This document shows, piece after piece, positions 20,359 to 38,933 of a stretch of DNA of 64,000 nucleotides. The stretch comes from Escherichia phage FL33, in the sequence record PP400788; one strand, 5' to 3'. Every line of letters begins with the position of its first letter. Positions within the stretch are counted from its first letter, which is position 1. The notes beneath the pieces are model-generated. The model was not told the DNA's origin and did no database searches. It worked only from the letters and a program-made list of their open reading frames with translations. Both the position numbers and the translations under genes were made by a program.

Positions 20359-20383
20359 AGGGAGCCCATGGGCTCCCTTTTTC
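20359..20383 (+). terminator. Rho-independent terminator after gene 8
   Basis: Palindrome GGGAGCCCATGGGCTCCC followed by TTTTT. Confidence 0.8.
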
Positions 20384-20385
20384 TT

Positions 20386-20393
20386 TATAAATA
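20386..20393 (+). promoter_or_regulatory. T4-type late promoter TATAAATA for gene 9
   Basis: TATAAATA 25 nt upstream of gene 9 ATG. Confidence 0.7.
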
Positions 20394-20417
20394 CTATAAA
20401 CTCATAAGGAAACCGCT

Positions 20418-21284
20418 ATGTTCATTCAAGAACCAAAGAAATTGATTGATACCGGCGAAATTGGTAACGCTTCTACTGGTGATATCTTATTCGACGGTGG
20501 TAATAAAATTAATAGTGATTTTAATGCAATTTATAACGCGTTTGGCGATCAGCGTAAAATGGCAGTAGCAAATGGTACTGGTGCTGACGGCCAAATTATC
20601 CATGCTACTGGATATTATCAAAAGCATTCTATCACAGAGTACGCAACTCCGGTGAAAGTTGGTACTAGACATGATATTGATACCTCTGCTGTAGGTGTTA
20701 AAGTTATCATTGAAAGAGGCGAACTTGGTGATTGCGTTGAATTTATTAACTCAAATGGATCTATATCAGTTACCAATCCTTTAACGATTCAAGCGATTGA
20801 TTCAATTAAAGGTGTTTCAGGTAATTTGGTAGTAACTAGCCCATATAGTAAAGTTACTTTACGTTGTATTTCATCTGATAATTCTACGTCAGTTTGGAAT
20901 TATTCTATTGAAAGTATGTTTGGCCAAAAGGAATCACCGGCTGAAGGTACATGGAATATTTCTACATCCGGATCAGTTGACATTCCATTATTTCATCGTA
21001 CTGAATATAACATGGCTAAATTGTTAGTTACTTGCCAATCGGTAGATGGAAGAAAAATTAAAACAGCAGAAATAAATATTCTTGTAGATACTGTTAATTC
21101 AACGGTCATTTCTTCTGAATATGCTGTCATGCGGGTTGGGAATGAAACCGAAGAAGACGAAATCGCTAATATTGCATTTAGTATTAAAGAAAATTATGTA
21201 ACGGCGACTATAAGTTCTTCAACTGTCGGTATGAGAGCAGCAGTTAAAGTTATCGCTACGCAGAAAATCGGGGTGGCTCAATAA
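20418..21284 (+). CDS. 9: Baseplate wedge protein gp9 (long tail fiber attachment)
   Basis: 288 aa, size and position as T4 gp9. Confidence 0.95.
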   Translation: MFIQEPKKLIDTGEIGNASTGDILFDGGNKINSDFNAIYNAFGDQRKMAVANGTGADGQIIHATGYYQKHSITEYATPVKVGTRHDIDTSAVGVKVIIERGELGDCVEFINSNGSISVTNPLTIQAIDSIKGVSGNLVVTSPYSKVTLRCISSDNSTSVWNYSIESMFGQKESPAEGTWNISTSGSVDIPLFHRTEYNMAKLLVTCQSVDGRKIKTAEINILVDTVNSTVISSEYAVMRVGNETEEDEIANIAFSIKENYVTATISSSTVGMRAAVKVIATQKIGVAQ

Positions 21285-23089
21285 TGAAACAAAATATTAA
21301 TATCGGTAATGTTGTTGATGATGGTACCGGTGACTACCTGCGTAAAGGTGGTATAAAAATAAATGAAAACTTTGATGAACTTTATTATGAACTTGGTGAT
21401 GGAGATGTTCCATATTCAGCCGGTGCCTGGAAAACTTATGATGCTTCATCTGGACAAACACTAACGGCAGAATGGGGAAAATCATACGCTATTAATACCT
21501 CTTCTGGAAGAGTAACTCTACAACTTCCTAAAGGAACTGTTAATGATTACAACAAGGTAATTAGAGCTAGAGACGTATTCGCTACATGGAACATCAATCC
21601 AGTTACTTTAGTAGCTGCTTCCGGAGATACAATTAAAGGGTCGTCATCGTCAGTTGAAATTAATATTCAATTTAGTGATTTAGAGCTCGTTTATTGCGCT
21701 CCAGGACGTTGGGAATATGTCAAAAATAAACAAATTGACAAAATTATTAGTTCAGATATTAGTAATGTAGCTCGCAAAGAATTTTTAGTCGAAGTTCAAG
21801 GGCAAACAGACTTTTTAGATGTTTTCAATGGAACTAGTTATAATGTCAATAACATCAGAGTAAAACATCGTGGTAACGAATTGTATTACGGTGATGTATT
21901 TAGCGAAAATAGTGACTTTGGCTCTCCGGGCGAAAATGAAGGCGAATTAGTTCCTCTTGATGGATTTAATATTCGATTAAGACAGCCTTGTAATATTGGT
22001 GACACCGTTCAAATTGAAACATTTATGGATGGTGTATCACAATGGAGAAGTTCATATACAAGACGCCAAATAAAAGTACTAGATTCAAAACTAACATCAA
22101 AGACTTCTTTAGAAGGAAGCATTTATGTTACTGATTTATCGGCGATGAAATCAATTCCATTTTCTGCATTTGGATTAATTCCTGGTGAACCCATTAATCC
22201 TAATTCTCTTGAGGTTCGTTTTAATGGAATTTTACAGCAGCAGGCTGGAACCGCTGGATATCCTCTGTTTTTGTGTGAAGGCGCTAGTTCAGATACGCGA
22301 GAAGGTTGTATATCTCTTGGTGGTGAATGGAAAGAATCAAACACAGATTATTCTATAGAATATGAAGATGGAAAACCTACCAATCTTTTATTTGATAGAA
22401 AATTTGAATCAGGTGATATAATCGTTATAACGTGGTTCAATAATGATTTAGGAACTCTTTTAGAAAAAGATGACATTATTGAATTAACGGATGACCGTTA
22501 TGTTAGCAAAGGATCATCTACCGAAGTTACTGGTGATGTAGCCTTAACAGATTTTGATAAAATCGGTTGGCCAAATGTTGAAAAAGTTGATTCTTATACT
22601 AGAATGTATAATTCAATATCATCTATTTTCGACAGCATTTATCCTGTTGGTTCAATTTATGAAAATGCTATAAATCCAAATAATCCGGTGACTTATATGG
22701 GATTTGGTTCATGGAAATTATTTGGTAAAGGACAAGTTTTAGTAGGATGGAATGATGATGTTACGGATCCAAACTTTGCTTTAAACAATAATGATTTAGA
22801 TTCTAGCGGAAATCCTTCACATACTGCCGGTGGAACAGTTGGAACAACATCAGTAACACTTGAGAATGCAAATCTTCCTGCGACTAAAACCGATGAAAGA
22901 GTTTTAATTGAAGACGAAAACGGATCAGTTATTATTGGAGGTTGCCAATATGACCCAGATGAAACTGGTCCTATATATACAAAATACCGTGAAGACTACG
23001 CAACAACAAACTCTTCACATACTCCTCCTGCTAATATTAGTAATATTCAACCGTCTATTACTGTATACCGTTGGATAAGGATTGCATAA
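21284..23089 (+). CDS. 10: Baseplate wedge protein gp10
   Basis: 601 aa; start overlaps gene 9 stop; ends TAA at 23087-23089 overlapping gene 11 ATG. Confidence 0.95.
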   Translation: MKQNINIGNVVDDGTGDYLRKGGIKINENFDELYYELGDGDVPYSAGAWKTYDASSGQTLTAEWGKSYAINTSSGRVTLQLPKGTVNDYNKVIRARDVFATWNINPVTLVAASGDTIKGSSSSVEINIQFSDLELVYCAPGRWEYVKNKQIDKIISSDISNVARKEFLVEVQGQTDFLDVFNGTSYNVNNIRVKHRGNELYYGDVFSENSDFGSPGENEGELVPLDGFNIRLRQPCNIGDTVQIETFMDGVSQWRSSYTRRQIKVLDSKLTSKTSLEGSIYVTDLSAMKSIPFSAFGLIPGEPINPNSLEVRFNGILQQQAGTAGYPLFLCEGASSDTREGCISLGGEWKESNTDYSIEYEDGKPTNLLFDRKFESGDIIVITWFNNDLGTLLEKDDIIELTDDRYVSKGSSTEVTGDVALTDFDKIGWPNVEKVDSYTRMYNSISSIFDSIYPVGSIYENAINPNNPVTYMGFGSWKLFGKGQVLVGWNDDVTDPNFALNNNDLDSSGNPSHTAGGTVGTTSVTLENANLPATKTDERVLIEDENGSVIIGGCQYDPDETGPIYTKYREDYATTNSSHTPPANISNIQPSITVYRWIRIA

Positions 23090-23748
23090 TGAGTTTACTT
23101 AATAATAAAGCGGGAGTTATTTCCCGCTTAGCAGATTTTCTTGGTTTTAGAACTAAGAAAAATGATATTTCGGTTATGAATAATCAGCCAGTAGGTGCTG
23201 TAACAATTTCACAAATAGCAAAAGGTTTTTATGACCCAAATGTAGAATCTGCTATCAATGATGTTAGAAATATGGCAGAGCAACAAGTTGGAGCTGTATT
23301 AGTTAATATAAGCGGTGTATCTCCTACTGGCGTGCAGCAAACAGACTATTGGTCATTTGAAGGAACTGTCAATGATACTTCAGCCAAACCAGGTGACCCA
23401 GTTATTGTTAACATGTTTGGCATTCCTGTTAAAGCTACTAACGGAATGACTTCAATCGAATTTACCAGTGCCGTTAGAACAGCTCTGCAGGAAATGGTTG
23501 CAAAATTTATTGCAATTGATTCATTTGAAGACCATCCTACCATAGGAAATAAAATACAAGTTAAGTATTTAGATAACCAAGAACATATCTTAGAACAATA
23601 CTCTGATAAAGGAATTACTTTCAAACAAGAAATAATTTCTCCTTCTAAACCTGGATACGGAACTTGGCAATTATTAGGTGCGCAAACTGTCACGCTAGAT
23701 AGTCACACACAACCTACGGTATTTTATTATTTTGAGAGAATAGCATGA
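23089..23748 (+). CDS. 11: Baseplate wedge protein gp11 (short tail fiber attachment)
   Basis: Start at ATG 23089 (MSLLNNKAG...) giving 219 aa; track start 23071 lies inside gene 10. Confidence 0.9.
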   Translation: MSLLNNKAGVISRLADFLGFRTKKNDISVMNNQPVGAVTISQIAKGFYDPNVESAINDVRNMAEQQVGAVLVNISGVSPTGVQQTDYWSFEGTVNDTSAKPGDPVIVNMFGIPVKATNGMTSIEFTSAVRTALQEMVAKFIAIDSFEDHPTIGNKIQVKYLDNQEHILEQYSDKGITFKQEIISPSKPGYGTWQLLGAQTVTLDSHTQPTVFYYFERIA

Positions 23749-25301
23749 GTAACAATACATATCAGCACGTATCAAATGAATCAAAATATGTTAAATTCGA
23801 TCCAGTAGGATCGAATTTTCCTGACACTGTCACGACAGTGCAGTCTGCATTATCAAAAATAAGTAATATCGGCGTAAATGGTATTCCTGATGCAACTATG
23901 GAAGTTAAAGGAATAGCAATGATTGCGTCAGAGCAAGAAGTTTTAGATGGAACTAATAATTCTAAAATCGTTACGCCAGCTACATTAGCAACAAGATTAC
24001 TATATCCAAATGCTACTGAAACTAAATATGGTTTAACGCGTTATTCAACAAATGAAGAAACATTAGAAGGCTCAGATAATAATTCATCAATAACGCCGCA
24101 AAAACTGAAATACCACACTGACGATGTGTTCCAAAATAGATATTCGTCTGAGTCATCAAACGGGGTTATTAAAATATCATCTACACCTGCAGCTTTAGCT
24201 GGAGTTGATGATACTACGGCAATGACTCCATTAAAAACACAAAAACTTGCAATAAAATTAATTTCACAAATAGCTCCTTCCGAAGATACTGCATCAGAAT
24301 CTGTGAGAGGTGTAGTTCAATTATCTACTGTTGCGCAAACTCGTCAAGGAACTCTCCGCGAAGGATATGCAATTTCTCCGTATACCTTTATGAATTCTGT
24401 TGCAACACAAGAATATAAGGGTGTTATACGTTTAGGAACACAATCGGAAATTAACAGTAATTTGGGAGATGTTGCAGTAACGGGCGAAACACTAAATGGT
24501 CGAGGAGCTACTGGTTCTATGCGTGGAGTAGTTAAATTAACGACGCAAGCCGGTATTGCCCCTGAAGGTGATAGCTCTGGAGCATTAGCATGGAACGCAG
24601 ATGTAATTAATACTCGTGGTGGACAAACTATTAATGGTTCTTTAAATTTAGACCATCTTACAGCAAATGGAATTTGGTCACGCGGCGGTATGTGGAAAAA
24701 TGGCGATCAACCTGTTGCCACTGAAAGATATGCGTCCGAAAGGGTTCCAGTTGGAACTATTATGATGTTTGCGGGTGATTCAGCACCTCCGGGTTGGGTT
24801 ATGTGCCACGGCGGAACCGTGTCAGGAGATCAATATCCTGATTATAGAAACACAGTTGGAACAAGATTTGGTGGTGATTGGAATAACCCTGGCATTCCTG
24901 ATATGCGAGGTCTTTTCGTCAGAGGAGCTGGCACAGGAGGTCATATTTTAAATCAACGAGGACAAGATGGTTACGGGAAGGATAGACTTGGTGTAGGATG
25001 TGACGGAATGCATGTTGGTGGTGTTCAGGCACAACAAATGTCATACCATAAACATGTTGGTGCCTGGGGGGAAAATGGAAATAACAGAGGTTATGCACCG
25101 TTTGGCGCATCTAATGGCAGTGGATATTTAGGCAATGGTAGAAGCGCCGACTGGGACAACCATTTGTTCTTTACTAACGACGGATTTGAAATGGGTGGTG
25201 CTCGTGACTCGTTTGGCACGTTAAACCGTGAAGGATTAATTGGTTATGAAACTAGACCATGGAATATATCATTAAACTATATTATTAAAATTCATTACTA
25301 A
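23745..25301 (+). CDS. 12: Short tail fiber protein gp12
   Basis: 518 aa; Gly-rich C-terminal receptor-binding region; position after gene 11. Confidence 0.9.
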   Translation: MSNNTYQHVSNESKYVKFDPVGSNFPDTVTTVQSALSKISNIGVNGIPDATMEVKGIAMIASEQEVLDGTNNSKIVTPATLATRLLYPNATETKYGLTRYSTNEETLEGSDNNSSITPQKLKYHTDDVFQNRYSSESSNGVIKISSTPAALAGVDDTTAMTPLKTQKLAIKLISQIAPSEDTASESVRGVVQLSTVAQTRQGTLREGYAISPYTFMNSVATQEYKGVIRLGTQSEINSNLGDVAVTGETLNGRGATGSMRGVVKLTTQAGIAPEGDSSGALAWNADVINTRGGQTINGSLNLDHLTANGIWSRGGMWKNGDQPVATERYASERVPVGTIMMFAGDSAPPGWVMCHGGTVSGDQYPDYRNTVGTRFGGDWNNPGIPDMRGLFVRGAGTGGHILNQRGQDGYGKDRLGVGCDGMHVGGVQAQQMSYHKHVGAWGENGNNRGYAPFGASNGSGYLGNGRSADWDNHLFFTNDGFEMGGARDSFGTLNREGLIGYETRPWNISLNYIIKIHY

Positions 25302-25310
25302 GGATTACAA

Positions 25311-26768
25311 ATGATTGAATTAAAAGAGTTACCTTTTGTTGATAGCGTTCCTGGCGAAGGCCAGGAACGTATTTCATGGATTAAAAACGGTGAAGAAATA
25401 CTAGGAGCTAGTACTAAGTATGGAAGCGATGGGTCAATGAATAGACCAACTGTTTCCGTGTTTAAAAATGTCGAGGTTCTCGATGAAAATGTAGGAATTC
25501 TTAAAACTGCCATTGAAACATCTCAGGAAGATATTAAAACCATTCAAGGCATTTTAGATGTATCAGGAGATATAGAAGCGCTATCACAGATCAGTGTTAA
25601 TAAAAATGATATATCAAATTTAAAGACACTCACGAATGAACATACTGATATATTAAATGGCACAAATACTACGGTTGATAATATTCTTTCTGATATTGGT
25701 CCATTTAATTCGCAAGCAAATTCAGTTTATAGAACGATTAGAAATGATTTATTATGGATTAAAAGGGAATTAGGACAATATGCTGGGCAAGACATTAATG
25801 GTCTTCCTGTTGTAGGAAATAGCAGCACGGGTATGAAGCACCGCATCATTAATAATACAGATGCTATAACTTCCCAAGGAATACGTCTAAGTGATTTGGA
25901 AGAAAAATTTATTGAATCTGATGTAGGTTCACTGACAATTGAAGTCGGAAATCTTAGACAAGAACTTGGACAAAGACCATCTTCATTCAGTGAAAGCATA
26001 TATTCACGTGTTCATAATTTAGATCAATCGCAGATTAATCTTAGTTCCGAAATTAAATCTATCAAAACTTCTATTGGATATCCAGGAAATACTTCAATAA
26101 TCACAGATGTTAACACTAATACGCGAGAAATTTCAGCTTTAAATGATGAACTAAATAAAAGCGGAGGTATTAAACAACGATTGACTGTCATTGAAACATC
26201 GATTGGTTCAGATGATATTCCTTCTAGTATTAAAGGTCAAATTAAAGATAATACCACTTCTATTGAATCTTTAAATGGAATTGTAGGTGAAAACACCTCG
26301 TCCGGTTTAAGAGCTAACGTTTCATGGCTAAATCAGATAGTTGGAACTGATTCTAGCGGAGGTCAACCTTCTCCTCCGGGGTCTCTTTTAAATAGAGTTT
26401 CAACAGTTGAAACCTCTGTTAATAGACTTAACAATGATGTTCAAAACTTACAGGTTGAAATTGGTAATAACAATTCCGGAATTAAAGGGCAAGTTGTAAC
26501 ACTAAATAAATTAGTAAATGGAACAAATCCGAATGGTTCAACTGTCGAAGAACGCGGATTAACTAATTCAATAAAAGCTAATGAAACTAACATTTCTTCT
26601 ATTAATCAAGAAATGCGTAGTATTAAAAGTAATGTATCTTCATTACAGGGGGATGTTCAGACTTTACAGGAAGCAGGTTATATCCCTGAAGCTCCAAAAG
26701 ATGGCCAAGCTTACGTTCGTAAAGACGGCGAATGGGTACTACTTTCTACCTTTTTATCACCAGCATAA
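25311..26768 (+). CDS. wac: Fibritin (neck whiskers)
   Basis: 485 aa coiled-coil protein with repeated heptads and C-terminal [27 protein letters not shown] foldon sequence. Confidence 0.95.
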   Translation: MIELKELPFVDSVPGEGQERISWIKNGEEILGASTKYGSDGSMNRPTVSVFKNVEVLDENVGILKTAIETSQEDIKTIQGILDVSGDIEALSQISVNKNDISNLKTLTNEHTDILNGTNTTVDNILSDIGPFNSQANSVYRTIRNDLLWIKRELGQYAGQDINGLPVVGNSSTGMKHRIINNTDAITSQGIRLSDLEEKFIESDVGSLTIEVGNLRQELGQRPSSFSESIYSRVHNLDQSQINLSSEIKSIKTSIGYPGNTSIITDVNTNTREISALNDELNKSGGIKQRLTVIETSIGSDDIPSSIKGQIKDNTTSIESLNGIVGENTSSGLRANVSWLNQIVGTDSSGGQPSPPGSLLNRVSTVETSVNRLNNDVQNLQVEIGNNNSGIKGQVVTLNKLVNGTNPNGSTVEERGLTNSIKANETNISSINQEMRSIKSNVSSLQGDVQTLQEAGYIPEAPKDGQAYVRKDGEWVLLSTFLSPA

Positions 26769-26771
26769 CAT

Positions 26772-26787
26772 GGGGCCGCAAGGCCCC
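26772..26787 (+). other. Intergenic GC stem-loop (GGGGCCGCAAGGCCCC) between wac and 13
   Basis: Perfect 6-bp GC stem with 4-nt loop; no immediate T-run, so may be a processing/stability element rather than a strong terminator. Confidence 0.45.
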
Positions 26788-26800
26788 AAAGGATTTTTAA

Positions 26801-29311
<2,511 letters not shown>

Positions 29312-29352
29312 TAAATATTATAAACTAATTAAAGCCCAGATTAGGAGAAATC

Positions 29353-32493
<3,141 letters not shown>

Positions 32494-32521
32494 TATTAAA
32501 GCATATTAAAGAGGATTAAAA

Positions 32522-34501
32522 ATGACTTTATTATCTCCGGGCATTGAGCTCAAAGAAACTACGGTTCAAAGCACCGTTGTTAATAACTCTACTGGTACAG
32601 CAGCTTTGGCCGGTAAATTCCAGTGGGGTCCTGCTTTTCAGATTAAACAGGTTACAAATGAAGTAGATTTAGTTAATACTTTTGGTCAACCTACAGCTGA
32701 AACTGCTGATTATTTTATGTCTGCAATGAATTTCTTACAATATGGAAATGATTTGCGAGTTGTGCGTGCTGTCGATAGAGATACCGCTAAAAACTCATCT
32801 CCGATTGCTGGTAATATTGAATACACTATTTCAGCCCCAGGTAGTAACTACGCGGTTGGAGATAAAATCACGGTTAAGTATGTTTCAGAAAATGTTGAAA
32901 CAGAGGGTAAAATTACCGAAGTAGATGCTGATGGAAAAATTAAGAAAATTAATATTCCTACCGCAAAAATTATCGCTAAAGCGAAAGAAGTCGGTGAATA
33001 TCCAGCATTAGGTTCTAACTGGACCGCGGAAATTTCTTCGTCTTCCTCTGGTTTAGCTGCAGTAATAACTCTTGGAAAAATTATTACTGATTCCGGTATT
33101 TTATTAGCTGAAATTGAAAATGCTGAAGCTGCTATGACAGCGGTTGACTTTCAGGCAAATCTCGAAAAATATGGAATTCCAGGAGTAGTAGCTCTTTATC
33201 CAGGCGAGTTGGGCGATAAAATCGAAATTGAAATCGTATCTAAAGCTGACTACGCAAAAGGTGCTTCTGCATTACTCCCAATTTATCCAGGTGGTGGAAC
33301 ACGCGCATCTACTGCCAAGGCAGTGTTTGGATATGGACCACAAACTGATTCACAATACGCTATTATAGTTCGTCGTAATGATGCTATTGTTCAAAGCGTT
33401 GTTCTTTCAACAAAGCGTGGTGAAAAAGATATTTACGATAGTAACATCTATATTGATGACTTTTTCGCAAAAGGTGGTTCAGAATATATTTTTGCAACTG
33501 CACAAAACTGGCCAGAAGGCTTCTCTGGAATTTTAACTCTGTCTGGTGGATTATCATCAAATGCTGAAGTAACAGCAGGAGATTTGATGGAAGCCTGGGA
33601 CTTCTTTGCTGACCGTGAATCCGTTGACGTTCAGTTGTTTATTGCGGGTTCTTGTGCCGGTGAATCTTTAGAAACAGCATCTACTGTCCAAAAACACGTC
33701 GTTTCAATTGGGGATGCTCGCCAAGATTGCTTAGTATTGTGCTCACCACCGCGTGAAACTGTAGTTGGAATTCCTGTAACTCGTGCTGTCGATAACTTAG
33801 TCAATTGGAGAACTGCAACGGGTTCATACACTGATAATAACTTTAATATCAGTTCAACCTATGCAGCAATTGATGGTAACTACAAATATCAGTATGACAA
33901 ATATAATGATGTAAATCGCTGGGTTCCATTAGCAGCTGATATTGCCGGTTTATGTGCAAGAACCGATAACGTTTCTCAGACTTGGATGTCTCCAGCTGGT
34001 TATAATCGCGGTCAGATTCTTAACGTTATTAAACTTGCTATTGAAACTCGCCAAGCTCAGCGCGACCGTTTATACCAAGAAGCTATCAACCCAGTAACTG
34101 GTACAGGTGGTGATGGTTACGTATTATATGGTGATAAAACAGCTACTTCTGTTCCTTCTCCATTTGATCGTATTAACGTTCGTCGTCTGTTTAATATGTT
34201 GAAAACGAATATCGGACGTAGTTCAAAATATCGTTTGTTCGAATTAAACAACGCGTTTACTCGTTCATCATTCCGCACAGAAACTGCCCAATACTTACAG
34301 GGAATTAAAGCTCTCGGTGGAATTTATGAATATCGTGTAGTTTGCGATACAACAAATAATACTCCGTCAGTAATTGATAGAAATGAGTTTGTTGCAACAT
34401 TCTACATCCAACCGGCTAGAAGCATTAACTACATTACCTTGAACTTCGTAGCAACTGCTACTGGTGCAGATTTCGATGAGTTAACTGGTCTTGCAGGTTA
34501 A
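32522..34501 (+). CDS. 18: Tail sheath protein gp18
   Basis: 659 aa, size and position as T4 gp18. Confidence 0.97.
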   Translation: MTLLSPGIELKETTVQSTVVNNSTGTAALAGKFQWGPAFQIKQVTNEVDLVNTFGQPTAETADYFMSAMNFLQYGNDLRVVRAVDRDTAKNSSPIAGNIEYTISAPGSNYAVGDKITVKYVSENVETEGKITEVDADGKIKKINIPTAKIIAKAKEVGEYPALGSNWTAEISSSSSGLAAVITLGKIITDSGILLAEIENAEAAMTAVDFQANLEKYGIPGVVALYPGELGDKIEIEIVSKADYAKGASALLPIYPGGGTRASTAKAVFGYGPQTDSQYAIIVRRNDAIVQSVVLSTKRGEKDIYDSNIYIDDFFAKGGSEYIFATAQNWPEGFSGILTLSGGLSSNAEVTAGDLMEAWDFFADRESVDVQLFIAGSCAGESLETASTVQKHVVSIGDARQDCLVLCSPPRETVVGIPVTRAVDNLVNWRTATGSYTDNNFNISSTYAAIDGNYKYQYDKYNDVNRWVPLAADIAGLCARTDNVSQTWMSPAGYNRGQILNVIKLAIETRQAQRDRLYQEAINPVTGTGGDGYVLYGDKTATSVPSPFDRINVRRLFNMLKTNIGRSSKYRLFELNNAFTRSSFRTETAQYLQGIKALGGIYEYRVVCDTTNNTPSVIDRNEFVATFYIQPARSINYITLNFVATATGADFDELTGLAG

Positions 34502-34536
34502 TACGGTGCATTCTAAAGGCCTGTTTCGGCAGGCCA

Positions 34537-34603
34537 TATAAATACACTATATCCTTAATTCTTTAATTCTATATGCCCTAGGTTAAACATAGGGATATAA
34601 ATA
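34537..34603 (+). promoter_or_regulatory. Two T4-type late promoters (TATAAATA at 34537-34544 and 34596-34603) upstream of gene 19
   Basis: Exact TATAAATA octamers after a GGCCTG...CAGGCC hairpin downstream of gene 18. Confidence 0.6.
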
Positions 34604-34617
34604 CTACAGAGGCTAAT

Positions 34618-35109
34618 ATGTTTGTAGATGATGTAACACGAGCGTTTGAATCTGGTGATTTTGCTCGACCTAACTTATTCCAAGTAGAAATTTCTTATCT
34701 TGGACAAAATTTTACGTTTCAATGCAAAGCCACTGCTTTACCAGCTGGTATTGTAGAAAAAATTCCAGTCGGATTTATGAACCGTAAAATTAACGTAGCA
34801 GGCGATCGTACATTCGATGACTGGACTATTACAGTAATGAATGATGAGGCACATGATGCACGCCAGAAGTTTGTTGACTGGCAAAGCATTGCTGCTGGGC
34901 AAGGAAACGAAATTACTGGTGGAAAACCAGCAGAGTATAAAAAGAGTGCTATTGTACGCCAATATGCTCGTGACGCTAAAACTGTAACAAAAGAAGTCGA
35001 AATTAAAGGCCTGTGGCCTACTAACGTGGGTGAACTTCAGTTAGATTGGGATTCAAACAATGAAATCCAAACCTTTGAAGTAACTCTTGCTCTCGATTAT
35101 TGGGAATAA
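34618..35109 (+). CDS. 19: Tail tube protein gp19
   Basis: 163 aa, size and position as T4 gp19. Confidence 0.97.
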   Translation: MFVDDVTRAFESGDFARPNLFQVEISYLGQNFTFQCKATALPAGIVEKIPVGFMNRKINVAGDRTFDDWTITVMNDEAHDARQKFVDWQSIAAGQGNEITGGKPAEYKKSAIVRQYARDAKTVTKEVEIKGLWPTNVGELQLDWDSNNEIQTFEVTLALDYWE

Positions 35110-35141
35110 AATGAATGGGGAGAAATCCCCATCCTGCTTAA

Positions 35142-36766
<1,625 letters not shown>

Positions 36767-36767
<1 letters not shown>

Positions 36768-37012
36768 TGGAAGGTTTAATTGAAGCTATTAAATCAAACG
36801 ACCTCGTAGCCGCTCGTAAATTATTTGCTGAAGCCATGGCTGCAAGAACGATTGATTTAATTAAAGAAGAAAAAATCGCTATCGCTCGTAATTTCTTAAT
36901 CGAAGGTGAAGAACCTGAAGACGAGGATGATGAAGACGAAGATAGTGATGATAAAGAAGACAAAAAAGACAAAGACTCTGATGAAGATGACGAAGACGAG
37001 GATGATGAATAA
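36767..37012 (+). CDS. 67: Prohead core protein gp67 with poly-acidic C-terminal tail
   Basis: 81 aa ending in a long Asp/Glu run ([31 protein letters not shown]). Confidence 0.9.
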
Positions 37013-37437
37013 TGCTTCTGATCCCTGAAACTCATGAATTAGTTCTCGAGAATGTCGAAGCACTTATTCCTGAAGCACAGGGTCGCTTTGACGAATTGTC
37101 TTCTGCTTTAAATAAAGACGATATAAATACAATTATCGAGAATATGCTTGATGATGAAACTGATTTAGCAGTTGCATTAGCTTCTATTAATGAAAATATG
37201 CCGTTAAATGAATTCATTGTTAAGCATGTTTCAGCTCGTGGTGAAATTACACGTACTAAAGACCGCAAAACACGCGAACGTAATGCATTTCAAACCACTG
37301 GGCTGTCTAAAGCAAAACGTAGACAAATTGCTCGCAAAGCTACCAAAACGAAGATTGCCAATCCAGCAGGTCAATCTCGTGCTCAGCGTAAGCGTAAAAA
37401 AGCTCTTAAACGCCGTAAAGCATTAGGATTAAGCTAA
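37012..37437 (+). CDS. 68: Prohead core protein gp68
   Basis: 141 aa, basic C-terminus; position between 67 and 21. Confidence 0.9.
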   Translation: MLLIPETHELVLENVEALIPEAQGRFDELSSALNKDDINTIIENMLDDETDLAVALASINENMPLNEFIVKHVSARGEITRTKDRKTRERNAFQTTGLSKAKRRQIARKATKTKIANPAGQSRAQRKRKKALKRRKALGLS

Positions 37438-38075
37438 TGAATGAACCCCAATTACTAATTGAAACTTGGGGTCAACCTGGCGAAATTATTGATGGTGTGC
37501 CAATGCTTGAATCCCACGATGGAAAAGACTTAGGTTTAAAACCGGGTTTATACATCGAAGGAATATTCATGCAAGCGGAAGTCGTCAATAGAAATAAACG
37601 TCTTTATCCAAAACGTATATTAGAAAAAGCGGTAAAAGACTATATTAATGAGCAAGTTTTAACTAAACAAGCTCTCGGAGAATTAAATCATCCTCCACGC
37701 GCTAATGTTGACCCGATGCAAGCCGCTATCATTATAGAAGATATGTGGTGGAAAGGAAATGACGTATACGGACGAGCTCGTGTTATTGAAGGTGACCATG
37801 GTCCTGGAGATAAATTAGCAGCTAATATTCGTGCCGGATGGATTCCAGGAGTTTCTTCTCGTGGATTAGGTTCATTGACTGACACAAATAAAGGTTATCG
37901 TATCGTAAACGAAGGATTCAAATTAACTGTAGGTGTTGATGCAGTATGGGGTCCAAGTGCTCCAGATGCATGGGTAACTCCTAAGGAAATTACCGAATCA
38001 CAGACGGCGGAAGCCGATACAAGTGCCGATGACGCCTATATGGCTCTCGCAGAGGCCATGAAAAAAGCGTTATAA
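37437..38075 (+). CDS. 21: Prohead core scaffold protease gp21
   Basis: 212 aa, size and position as T4 gp21. Confidence 0.95.
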   Translation: MNEPQLLIETWGQPGEIIDGVPMLESHDGKDLGLKPGLYIEGIFMQAEVVNRNKRLYPKRILEKAVKDYINEQVLTKQALGELNHPPRANVDPMQAAIIIEDMWWKGNDVYGRARVIEGDHGPGDKLAANIRAGWIPGVSSRGLGSLTDTNKGYRIVNEGFKLTVGVDAVWGPSAPDAWVTPKEITESQTAEADTSADDAYMALAEAMKKAL

Positions 38076-38105
38076 ATATTATTATCTAAACAACAGGACT
38101 ACAAA

Positions 38106-38915
38106 ATGCTTAAAGAACAACTGATTGCCGAAGCGCAGAAAATTGATGCTTCCGTTGCTCTTGATAGTATTTTCGAATCAGTTAATATTTCTCCGGAAGC
38201 AAAAGAAACTTTCGGCACTGTATTCGAAGCTACCGTCAAGCAGCACGCCGTTAAATTAGCTGAATCTCATATCGCTAAAATTGCTGAAAAAGCAGAAGAA
38301 GAAGTAGAAAAAAATAAAGAAGAAGCCGAAGAAAAAGCTGAGAAGAAAATCGCTGAGCAAGCTTCTAAATTCATTGACCATCTTGCAAAAGAATGGCTCG
38401 CTGAAAATAAATTAGCAGTTGATAAAGGCATCAAAGCCGAACTGTTTGAATCCATGCTTGGTGGATTAAAAGAGCTCTTTGTTGAACACAACGTTGTTGT
38501 TCCAGAAGAATCGGTTGATGTTGTAGCTGAAATGGAAGAAGAGCTGCAAGAACATAAAGAAGAATCAGCTCGTCTGTTCGAAGAACTCAATAAGCGTGAC
38601 GCATATATCAATTATGTGCAGCGTGAAGTGGCATTGAGCGAAAGTACTAAAGATCTGACTGAGTCTCAAAAAGAAAAAGTCTCTGCTCTGGTCGAAGGTA
38701 TGGATTATTCAGATGCATTCTCAAGTAAATTGAGTGCAATCGTAGAAATGGTGAAGAAATCTAATAAAGATGAAAGCACTATTACTGAGAGTATAAATAC
38801 TCCTGATACTGAAGCAGCCGGACTGAATTTCGTCACTGAAGCTGTAGAAGATAAAGCTGCACAGGGTGCAGAAGATATTGTAAGTGTATATGCGAAAGTC
38901 GCATCTCGTTTCTAA
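38106..38915 (+). CDS. 22: Prohead scaffolding core protein gp22
   Basis: 269 aa, highly acidic helical protein; late promoter TATAAATA at 38071-38078. Confidence 0.95.
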   Translation: MLKEQLIAEAQKIDASVALDSIFESVNISPEAKETFGTVFEATVKQHAVKLAESHIAKIAEKAEEEVEKNKEEAEEKAEKKIAEQASKFIDHLAKEWLAENKLAVDKGIKAELFESMLGGLKELFVEHNVVVPEESVDVVAEMEEELQEHKEESARLFEELNKRDAYINYVQREVALSESTKDLTESQKEKVSALVEGMDYSDAFSSKLSAIVEMVKKSNKDESTITESINTPDTEAAGLNFVTEAVEDKAAQGAEDIVSVYAKVASRF

Positions 38916-38933
38916 TTTTAAAGGTTAACACAA

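Noticed and set aside
38267-38611. Minus-strand Ser-rich 114-aa ORF
   Set aside because: Antisense to the acidic scaffold gene 22; low-complexity artefact of GAA/GAG-rich coding sequence.
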